Assembly: GCA_965287045.1 (NCBI GenBank)
Contig: OZ336872.1
Location: forward strand, 32,550,001-32,614,000
From: Carcharhinus amblyrhynchos
Lineage: Eukaryota
DNA: 64,000 bases
Direction: 5' to 3'
Part shown: one piece after another, positions 50,205 through 60,301 of the stretch
How positions within the stretch are numbered: the stretch's first letter is position 1
Layout of the letters: each line of letters opens with the position of its first letter
The notes under the pieces: generated by a model
The model's input: the letters and a program-made list of their open reading frames with translations, nothing else
Databases searched by the model: none
What the model was told of the DNA's origin: nothing
Position numbers and translations under genes: made by a program

Positions 50205-51010
50205 CATGGGAATGTAGAAAATAGCAGCGAGCATACACCATTTAGCCTTTCAAGTCTTGCTCTGTCATTCAACATGATCATGACTGATCCTCTATCACAA
50301 TACCATACTCCAGGGCTCTCCCCAGATCCCTTGACACCTTTAAAGTCGAGAAATTTAACTACTTCCTTTTTAACTATATTTAGCGATTTGGCCTCCACAG
50401 CCTTCTGTGGTAGAGAATGGTTCATCATCCTTTGAGTGAAAAAATTTCTCCTCACCTCAATCCTGAATGGCCTGTCCCATATTCTGAGGTTGTGACCCCC
50501 TATTCAAGACATCCCAGAAAAAGGAAAAATATCCCTAAATTAGCTCTCCTCTCGTTCTTTTAAATTCCAATGAATGCAGGCCCATTGACCCAATCTCTTC
50601 TTATATGACAATCCTGCCATCCCAGGTGTCAGTCTGGTGAGTCTTCGCTGTACTCCCTCTATGGCAAATACATCCTTTATCATATAAGGACACCATAACT
50701 GCAATCAGTACTTGAGGTATGGTCTCACCAACGCTCTGCAGTAAGACATCCTTGCTCCTGCACTCAAGTCCTCTTGCCATGAAACCAAGCTGCCATTTGC
50801 TAACTGCTTGCAGTACCTGTATACTTGCCTTCAATGGTAGGTGAAATAAAACACCCCCAATCCCTTTGTACATCAACATTTCCCAATCTATCAGAAACTA
50901 AATAAAACCTTGACATTTTGTTTCCCTGTCCAAAGTGATAACTTCGCACTTACCGCATTATACTACATCTGCCCCATATTTGACCACTCACCCAACTTAT
51001 CTAAAACATC
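50205..51010 (-). mobile_element. CR1 3' fragment, decayed
   Basis: MRRNFFTQRM..LPQKAVEAKSLN and LGFMARGLECRSKDVLLQ on the minus strand. Confidence 0.85.
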
Positions 51011-52204
51011 TCTAAAGAAGCCTTTGAGGAATCCGTGCCATCAAGACTGTTATGAACCTGATTAAGGAGGTTCTGTAGGAGCATGCAGTTCGGGTGACAG
51101 CTATCTTGAGGGACATTGAATGAAATACAGCTGCCGATGAATGCAACAAGACAGCTGAATCAAATGCATGGGCAAGTGAGAGATCTTATGTACCAGAGGC
51201 CAAGTCTGATGGCTTTGGAACTGCACATGGTGCCACATATCTGCAGGGGATGATGCAGGTGCTTGCAGTTTTGTAAGACATATCAGTGTTGTATTGGACA
51301 TTGAAAGTGAAATGTACATTTTTATTTAAAGTATCATTTGCCTGTTAAATCATGTTTAATTTATGTCAGTTCTGATTCATGTTAACTACAAATGGAGAAT
51401 CTTGCTGCCGTTTTCTTCATTTGGGGGACATTCAGTAAATTTGTTTGCCGTTGTTTATGGTTTACCCCATGGCGATTGTAACAATCTTCAAGTCAGAATA
51501 CGTAAGGCTGAGAGAACATCCAGAGACAACTCTTGGGAAGCATTGAGGCTGGAGTTGCTGTGAATTTGTCCCAACTGTAAAGGTCAAAATTTCAAAATCT
51601 TGACAACTTCCTTGTCTTAAAATTTCTTGAGGCGTATGGACAATTTTGCCCATGTTACAGACTTTTTATGATATTATGCCACATGATATGACTGGTCAAA
51701 ATATATTACAAGTTTGTGTTGTGAGCTACTTCGTTCCTATTTAGACAAATTGTTTGTCATCACTTAGATCCCACTAGCATTCTCACTGCTGCTGGGACTT
51801 GTACTACAAGATTATAATGATCAGGTAGAAACTCACTCACGTTGTAAAGGTCAAGCTTTATGAAATGCTGTGGCTTCACCAAATCATTTAATTATCTGAC
51901 TTAAATAGAGCATGATTCAGCTTTTTATTTATGCAAAAATAAAGCACCTGAATGAATAACTGTGAGCCTTCTCTCTAACGACATAACTTGAACTTTAATG
52001 GGGGAGAACTCGGATATAATCTGAAATGGGTACAGGGATTACGCTGCTCGATTAACTTTAATATGCAGTACATTAAATTCATACTGCCTCCTTTTTAAAA
52101 TCACTTCTACATGCAGCCAGTGCCCATCAGTAGGGATTCCAATATCTGTGGCTAGTGCTATTCAAAGGCAACTTGAACCTATAAAAGGGCTGATGTATTC
52201 TCGT

Positions 52205-52765
52205 TGTTTGATTTATTATTGTCACATGTATTAGTACAAAGTGAAAAGTATTTCTTCTTGGGCGCAATACCGACAAAGCATATCGTTCATAGAGAAAGAA
52301 AGGATGGAGTGCAGGATGTAGTGTTACAGACATAGCTGGGGTGTAGAGAAAGATCAACTTAATGTGAGGTAGGTCCATTCAAAAGTCTGATGGCAACAGG
52401 GAAGAAGCTATTCTTAAGTTGGTTAGTACGTGTCCTCAGACTTATGTATCTTTTCCCCGGTGGAAGAAGATGGAACAGAGTATATTTGGGGTGCATGGGG
52501 TCCTTAATTATGTTGGTTGTTTTTCCAAGGCAGTAGGAAGTGTAGACAGTATCAATGGGTGGGAGACTGGTTTGATTGATGGACTGGGCTTTGTTCGTGA
52601 CCCAATTGTAATCTCTTGTGCAGTCTTGGACAGTGCAGGAGCCGTACCAATCTGTGATACAATCAGAAAGATTGCTTTCTATGGTGCATCTGCAAAGATT
52701 GGTGACAATCATAGTGGACATACCAAATTTCCTTAGTCTTCGGAGAGAGTAGAGGGCATTCTTAG
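52205..52765 (-). mobile_element. Rex1/Babar 3' end
   Basis: LYSLRRLRKFGMS...CTIES...WYGSC...IIKDPMHP...LPPGKRY...NSFFPVAIRLLN; antisense of 38490-39008. Confidence 0.9.
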
Positions 52766-53475
52766 CTATAGTGTTGGCATGGAGAGAACCTGAGGAGATT
52801 TTCAAAACAGATTCATGCTGACATACTTTGAGCAGTGATTGAACTTTAAAGAGAGCATGCACAAATGCTTTCAGACAGTGGAGTCAAGGTTTTGGTGGAA
52901 GATGTGTAAGATGTGGAAAGGTGAAAAGATGTCCAGCATCCTGGGGGAGCAGAAAGTTCACCAGACACAAGATCAAAAGGTAGTAGGAAAAAAGGTAGCA
53001 GAAAATGCCAATACTAGCAGTTTTACTCCAAGAACATCCATGCAGTGCAAGAAGAAGTGCAATAATCTCAATCAAGTTAGCAAAGTGATTGACTTCATCA
53101 GATGGCACGTTGTACCAACTGCATTATTACTTTTATCCATTAATCCATTCACTACACCTGATTCCTCACCTATCAACAATCTCCATCAATCAGCCATCAA
53201 CTGTACTATTCATATGCTCCACCGACACCCTCAAGAATTTAGCACTGCTCAAGTTTTAAGCGCACAACTTACTTGTTTGCACACACTGGCAAATATTCAA
53301 TTATGACAGCCACATTACACAAACATATTGCATAACTGAAAGAGAGCAAATGTGCCTGCATGTTTTGACATCCATGACAAGGACAGAGCTGGTTGTCATG
53401 GGAATTCTGGCCACAGCCATTGGCACAGCTGAAGTGATCAATTATGAAGCTATCACACAGAGTGGCAGATTTGTT

Positions 53476-53790
53476 ATAGAACATAGAACATAGAACACTA
53501 CAGCACAAACAGGCCCTTCGGCCCACGAGTTGCGCCGATCACATCAACACCTAATGGCGCAGGTAAAGGCCATTTGGCCTATTGTGTGGCACAGTTCTGC
53601 AAACAAACACTGTGACTCAGTGCCTTTCCTTTGCCTTTTCCCCATTCCCCTACACATTGTTTCTGTTCAAATAATCATCTATTGCCCTCATGAAAGTCTC
53701 AACTGAACCTGCCTCTTGCACACTGCCAAGCAGTGTATACCAGACTCGAACCACTTGTGTATAGTAAAAGGTTTCTCTTACATCATGCAA
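53476..53790 (-). mobile_element. Short CR1 tail (53476-53550) nested in an older CR1 3' end
   Basis: (atagaac)n...gcgccgatcacatc is the reverse complement of 49435-49498; then RETFYYTQVVRVWYTLLGSV. Confidence 0.8.
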
Positions 53791-54548
53791 ATACCTATAT
53801 ATGCTGAGACAGTGTGCACAAGTCTGCAGGAGCCAGTGCGGTGAGAGAAGATAGCATCGATGCCAGTTCACCAGAGGGAGAGATCAGACATTAGTTCTCC
53901 CACAGAGAAGTCAGCTTTGGACTTTGATGAGCCAAACTGCAAGAGGATACACAATCAAATGCATTGGAAATCTTGCCAGAAAACCTGTACCTAATATCAA
54001 GGAGGATGAGCAGTCTAGCATCAATTTGGCATAGGGCAATGTGCAAAAGTTGGAAACCATCTTTTTCAACAAAGAATGGGTAGTCACCTTCCTCAGCACA
54101 CAGGTGAAACCCAGCATGATACAACATCTGATGGACAATGTCTCAGCTTTCATTGCAGCACATCTTCCATCAAAGTGCTGCATTGGTTCTGGATATATGT
54201 GATCAAAGCAGTGTCCAGCTTGCTGCAGTAGTTCAGCAATCTGTTCTCCAACTGCAGCAGCTCCCTGGAACACAAACCTGTGATCCTCTTTCAAGGCAAC
54301 AGCATTCATGCTCCTACACCTCCCCAAATGCCACTGCATTTACATTTATCTGCTAGTCAGCCAGTCCAGACTGCTGCACCCCAAGCCTAGAGACTAAGTG
54401 TGAAGCTGGGCTTTCTGGTCACCCTCCAAGGCAATCTCCTCAACTGAAGGTCAACAGCCTTTGACTACCGTAACCTCTGGGCAAGCACCTTGTCAGAGCA
54501 CAAGGTGAGGCAAAGGCACACAAAACAGGCACTAGGAGATGCACAAAT

Positions 54549-55183
54549 ATAAGAACATAAGAAATAGGAGCAGGAGTAGGCCATCTAGCCCTTCGAGCCT
54601 GCCCCACCATTCAATAAGATCATGGCTGATCTGTCGTGGCTCAGTTCCACATTCCCGCCCTCTCCCCATAACCCTTAATTCCCTCGCTTATCAAAAACCC
54701 GACCCGCGTCTTAAAAATATTTAGCGAGGCAGCCTCCACCATTTCAACGGGCAGAGAATTCCAGAGATTCACCACCCTTTGAGTGAAGAAGTTCCTCCTC
54801 AACTCCGTTCTAAACCGCCCCCCCTTTATCTTGAGGCTGTGCCCCCTAGTCCTACTGTCCTTTCTGAGCGGGAAGAGTCTCTCCACCTCTATCCTATCCA
54901 TCCCATTCATCATCTTATATGTCTCAATGAGATCTCCCCTCATTCTTCTAAACTCTAACGAGTACAAGCCTAGTTTATTCAGCCTCTCCTCATAGCTCAA
55001 CCCCCTCAACTCCGGTATCAGCCTAGTAAACCTCCTCTGCACTCCCTCCAAGGCCAAAATATCCTTGCGTAAGTGTGGCGACCAAAACTGCACACAGTAC
55101 TCCAGCTGCGGCCTCACCAATGCCCTATACAGCCGCAGCAAGACCTCCCTACTTTTATATTCAATCCCCCTCGCTATGAAGGC
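54549..55183 (-). mobile_element. CR1 3' end, young, same subfamily as 4151
   Basis: 166-aa open ORF2 C-terminus (LVRPQLEYCVQFWSPH...FFTQRVVNLWNSLP); flanking aaatataa repeat. Confidence 0.95.
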
Positions 55184-55899
55184 GCTACGAAATATAAACA
55201 GATTATTTTTGTATCCATTGTGTTATGACTTAATTTGTAAATTTAGATTAGAGTAGGAACTTTCTGGTGATTTTTATTTTTGTGTCATCAGAAAAATGAT
55301 TATTAATAGTGAAAAGGCAAGGAAATGTGGGACTGTTAGTGAATGAAAAGATGTGGTTATTAGTATTGCTCATGAATCATATGAACATATGAAGCCCAAC
55401 AGAAAGGGGATTCTCTAACTTGGATTCTGCTTTGCTCTTCTTGTTCTATTTGCTCCTCCTCCACTTCTTCCCTTTCATCATACTCGCTCCACCTGCTTGT
55501 CTCTGGCAAGAGGATGGCAAGATGAAGCTATTTGTTTTTGCATGGAGAGCCTCAATAGCTTCCATTACGCAGCAGTGTGCTGCAAGGACACAAAATGTAC
55601 TTTAGGTGGGCACTTCACTAAAAGTGGCTTGGCAGCAGTACTTATGATTGAGCTGGCCAGAATCAGAAGGACATAGCTGCCAGATTTGGCTTGCAGCAGA
55701 TTCCAAGAGAATCAACATGAAGGAAAAACCTTGTCCTGCTGTGTGTGGCCTCTTTTCATAAGTCATGTTTAATTCCAAGAAGATGCCTACCAGGCCACCC
55801 ATGTCTGGAATAAATCTGATTCAGCACAAGCCTTTAAACCACCAAAAAGGTACTTCAGCACAATCCAGGCCTCTCCTTGCAGCATATTCATACTTCAGA

Positions 55900-56260
55900 C
55901 AAGTTTGGAAAAGCTTGCAGTCAAGTATTTCAGTAGCCAGTTCAGTTAAGTTTCTGGTCAAGGGTAATCTCCAGGATGTTGTTGATTGGGGATTCAACAA
56001 TGATTATGCTGTTGAATGTGAAGGGGAGATGTTTACAACTCTACCCTGAGAAACTCCTGCATTGATGTTCTGGGGCGGAGATGAATAGCTCCAAAAATCA
56101 CAACCATCTTCCTTTAGCTTTCCACAACATATCGAGAGCTTGACCCGATACCCACTGACTTCAGTTTTGCTAGGTCTCTTTGATGCAGCACTTGGGCAAA
56201 TGCTGCCCTGATGTCAAAGACAGTCACTCTTATCTCACTTTTGAAATGCAACTCCTTTTT
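55900..56260 (-). mobile_element. Decayed CR1/L2-group LINE fragments
   Basis: Matches 20375-20460 and 20740-20930 (cagtt-agtttctggtcaa, cacaaccatcttccttt, ttgatgtcaa-g-cagtcact). Confidence 0.7.
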
Positions 56261-56476
56261 GCCATTATTGATAATAAATATTTATCAAAACTGGTGCCTT
56301 GAATTTTAAAAACAATGCAGCATTTACAAGGAATAAAATAAGAAAGTCAATAATCTGATGCTTATCATGGAAATCCAAACTCAATATACCCCAAATGTTA
56401 TTTCGAATAATGGTACGGTCTACCACATCTCAGTTCTGACACAGACTTTCACAATCTCAGTGAGACCTCACTTCAA

Positions 56477-56673
56477 GTCCAAAGATGTATGGGTTAGGTT
56501 GATTGGCCATACTAAAAATTGCCCCTTAGAGTCCTGAGATGCATTGTTTCGAGGGATTAGCAGGTCAATATGTAGGGATATGGGGGTAAGGCCTGGGTGG
56601 GATTGTGGTCGGTGCAGACTCGATGGGCCAATTGGTCTCTTTCTGCACTGTGGGGTTTCTATGGTTCTATGAT
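56477..56673 (+). mobile_element. 5'-truncated HE1-type V-SINE
   Basis: Starts at gtccaaagatg and runs to the tail ttctatggttctatgatt. Confidence 0.88.
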
Positions 56674-57793
56674 TGAATGAGACAAGTCTGAAATAATTAT
56701 GTGCACTTTATTACTATGTAAATATACCAAGGATGTGCAAATTACATTACATATTCCAACATCAGTCATATTGAGGCTTAATGGCAATGATTAATAACAT
56801 TAGCATCAATCTTCACTTAATTTCTATTCTCATACACAAAATCATAGAATTGTTACAGTGCAGGAGGCTGCCATTTCGCCCATCATGTCTGCACCAGCTT
56901 TTCAAAAAAGCATTACACCTACAGCCATTCTCCTTGTAATCTTCAAATTATTTCTTCTCAAATAATCATCAATTTCCTCTGGAAAGCTTTGATTGAACCT
57001 TCCTCCAACACACTCTCAGGATCCAGACCCTAACCATTTGCTGCGTGAGAAAGTTTTTTTTACATCACTCTTGCTTCTTTTATCAATTGCTTCAAATCTG
57101 TGCACCCCATTCTTGATCCTTTAAGTATTCAGATTTGGAATATGTCTATAAAATATCCTCTCAGCCTTCTTCTCTCCAAGAAAAAGAATCCCAACTTCTC
57201 TGATCTTCTGTTTCTTATAACAGGAATCTCTCATCACTGGGATCATTCTTGTAAACCTCTTCTGCACTCATTGCAATGCCTTTAGATCCTGTCTAAAATA
57301 GAGTGACTAAATTGGATGCAATACTCCAGCTGAGATCTAACTGGCGTCTTATACAAGTTCAACATGGTCCTTGGTCTTGTACTCTGTGCCCCTATTAATG
57401 AAGCTGAGGATATTGTATGCTTTATTAACAGTTCTGCCACCTTTAAGGACTTATGCACATATGTTCCTCAGTCTCTCTGCTCCTACATTCCTCTTAGAGT
57501 TGTTCCCTGTATTTTATACTGTCTCTTCGTGTTCTGCCTACCAAAACGTATCCCTCATATTTCTCCTTATTAAAATTCATCAGTCACCTATCCGTCCATT
57601 CCACCAACTTGTATTTGTCCTACGCACATTTGACAATGCTTCCAAGTTTTGTATCATCAGCAAATTTTGAAATTGTTCCCTGTATTTCAAGGTCTTGATC
57701 ATTGATATATAATCAGGAAAAGCAATGGTACCAATACTGACCCCCAATGAACTACACTACATACCTTCCTCCATTGAAAAACCATTACTCTCT

Positions 57794-58668
57794 GGGCCCA
57801 ACTTTACCATTGCATTGTGCCCATTTTTGGGTGTGAAAACTTGGTAAAGTCATGCATGAGACCAATAGCATGATCCGCACTCCAGCTTCTGAAGAGGTAA
57901 GTTCAGAGCTTCCAGTGGCTCTCTAGCTCCAATCGGTGGTGGGAGAGGAGGGAAGGGCGGGGAGGCGGGCCAGATCTATATCTCTAGTGGTGTTGGGGGG
58001 TGGTGAGGGGGTGGAGGGAGGCTGGTCAGATGTATCTCTGCTGGTGGAGGGCTGGGGGGGTGGAGAAAAGGGCCAGATCATTTTCTGGTGGGGGGGTGGG
58101 ATACCAATGGTGGTGGAGGGGGGGAGAGAGAGGAGGTGGGTCAGATGTATCTCTGGTGGTGGGGTGTGGGGGGGAGGGGGGGAAGAGGGCCACATCATTT
58201 TCTGGTGAGGGGGAGGGAAGCAGATGGTTCTCTGGTGGGGGCGGGGGAGTGGGCCAGATGATTCTCTAGTGGGGAGAGGGGATGGGGGCGGTGAGGAAGG
58301 AGGCCCAACCATTCTCTGGTAGGGGGAAGGGGGAGGCCTGATCATTCTTTGGTGGTGGGGGGAGGGGAGGAGGATGAGGCCAGATCATTCTCTGGTTGGG
58401 GGGGTGGGGGGGAGCGGGGATGGAGGGGGGGGGGGGCAGGAGCAAAGCATGATCATTCTCTGGTGGGGGGGGGGGGGGGGGGGGGGAAGGAGGGAAGAGG
58501 GGGGAGGGCCAGAGCAGTGTTTTGGGCACTATAAGCCCTGCCCATAGCGCAATTCAGACTCGTGATTTTTTTCCAGCCTGAGTGCATGTGGGGGTGCACA
58601 GGTTTTCAAGTCAGATCTGAATTGCACCCAGATTCAGCACTTAGAATCAAAATAGTAAAATTGCCCCC
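57794..58668. mobile_element. Non-autonomous DNA transposon (Harbinger-like) with an internal G-rich tandem array
   Basis: tct|gggcccaactttacc...gtaaaattgccccc|tct; removing it restores CR1 accattactctctgtttcc. Confidence 0.7.
57940..58520 (+). repeat. G-rich minisatellite, unit ~ggccagatcattctctggt(g)n
   Basis: More than ten imperfect ~35-50 bp units separated by long G-runs. Confidence 0.85.
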
Positions 58669-59749
58669 TCTGTTTCCTATTATTCAGCCAATTTTGTATC
58701 CATTTCCCTTCTATTCCAAGAGCTACAAATTTTCTTGTGAGTCTGTTGTGCAGCACTGTGTCAAATGCCTTTTGGAAGCCAATGTCATCAACAGCATTGC
58801 ACTTATGAGCCCTCTGTGTTAACCTCTTCAAAAAACTCCAGCAAATCAGTTAAACGTGGTTTTCCCTTAAGAAAAGTATGCTGGCTGTCTTTCATTAACC
58901 CATATTTGTCCATGTGACAATTCATTCTGTCCTGAACAACAGTTTCTGGAAGTTTGCCCACCATCAAAGTTAAATTGACTGGCCTTTAGTTGCTGGGCTT
59001 ATCCTTGCACCGTTCTTTTGAACCAGAATGTAACATTTATAATTTTCCAGTCTTTTGGCACAACCCCTGAATGTAAGGAAGACTGAAAAATTAATGTCCA
59101 ATGCCGCTTCAATTTCAACTCTTACCTCTCTCCTTCATCATCTCACGCCATCCTAATGTCTTGTTAAACTTTGGTACATACAGCCTTTCTAATCCTTCTC
59201 AATTTTAAACCCTTCTCTACTAAATTCCTCCTCTTTCACCATGACCTAGGTAGCATCTTTTTCCTTAGTAAAGGCAGATGAATTCAGTTAATATCTCAGC
59301 CATGCCCCCCATGTATAAATACCCTTTTTGATCCCGAATCAGGTTTACTCCTACTTCTGCCACCCTTGGGATTTCTCATTATGTTGGCGGCCAATCTCTT
59401 TTCGTATCTCCTCTTGCTTTTTCACCTCTTTTCGAACTTTCTGTATTCAGATTCACAATTGTATTTTCTACCTGATGATTGTCATAGACTTTCTATTTCT
59501 TCTTTATCTTAATTTCTATCTCCTCGTCATCCAGTGAGCTCTATATTTGTTTGCCCTATCTTTCCCTTTACCTTGATTGTACACAAACCATTTGTTTCTT
59601 TGAGGGTAGCCTATTGTTCAGCCAGCGTTTTCCTGCCAACCTTTCACTCCAATTTATTCAGCCCAGGTCAATTTTTATTGGCTTTCTCCCAGTTAGTTAC
59701 CCTTATCCTAGATTGGTCATTGTCCTTTTCTATAGTCATTCTAATGACA

Positions 59750-59870
59750 CTGGTTTCATTAGACTTTTAATTCCAGACTTTTATTGAATTCAAATCTGCT
59801 GTGGTGGGATTCAAACCCTTGTCCCCAGCGCATTAGTCCAGTGACAATACCACTATGCCACTACCTCCCC
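59750..59870 (-). mobile_element. Head fragment of the tRNA-SINE (15703 family)
   Basis: ttttaattccaga...gtgggattcaaaccc...tccagtgacaatacca matches 15905-16020. Confidence 0.7.
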
Positions 59871-60194
59871 TGAGTGCAGCCCTAGCCAAGTCCATGGTGC
59901 CACAGGTGGCTCAGCTGCACAGGGCAGTACAAGAAAGTCAAGAAGAAAATTCATTGAGCAGAACTTTCTGTAAGGCATAGATTGCTGTAATACTTAGTTT
60001 TTAAAAATTTCTGGTTGTATATTTCACTTAAATCCTATTTAAGTTTAGTCTTTGTTGTTAAGACGTTATAACAATGGTTACTCCTGGCCTCCTTGATATT
60101 CATGATGTGGGTATGCCGGCGTTGGACTGGCGTAAACACAGTAAAAAGTCTGACAACACCAGGTTTTAGTCCAACCTATTTATTTGATAATATT

Positions 60195-60234
60195 CTCACA
60201 AGCTTTCGAGGGGTTACCCTCTTCGTCAGGTGAA
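60195..60234 (-). ncRNA. Minimal type I hammerhead ribozyme motif (mirror copy)
   Basis: Exact reverse complement of 60262-60301. Confidence 0.85.
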
Positions 60235-60261
60235 TGGAGAGTTCTGGCCCAGAACTCTCCA

Positions 60262-60301
60262 TTCACCTGACGAAGAGGGTAACCCCTCGAAAGCTTGTGA
60301 G
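60262..60301 (+). ncRNA. Minimal type I hammerhead ribozyme motif
   Basis: ttcac CUGACGA(60267-60273) a gaggg-taac-ccctc GAAA(60289-60292) gc UU gugag; stem I tcac/gtga; palindromic stem III AAGCUU. Confidence 0.85.

Larger units (their letters stand above)
52840..55800. mobile_element. Degenerate PIF/Harbinger transposon with a Myb/SANT-like remnant, split by CR1 insertions
   Basis: + strand KVAENANTSSFTPRTSMQCKKKCNNL (~52990-53070) resembles a Myb/SANT-like recognition helix; colinear with 23660-25900. Confidence 0.55.
56840..59750 (-). mobile_element. Old CR1 LINE (RT region to 3' end), interrupted
   Basis: DIGFQKAFDTVLHNRL...WIQNWLNNRKQR on the minus strand; antisense tail atcatagaattgttacagtgcagga. 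Confidence 0.85.

Noticed and set aside
57940-58520. Repeat-spacer pattern as a CRISPR array
   Set aside because: The spacers are low-complexity G-runs, the repeats are degenerate, the context is eukaryotic and there are no cas genes
57923-58534. Proline- and glycine-rich ORFs
   Set aside because: Translation artefacts of a G-rich minisatellite
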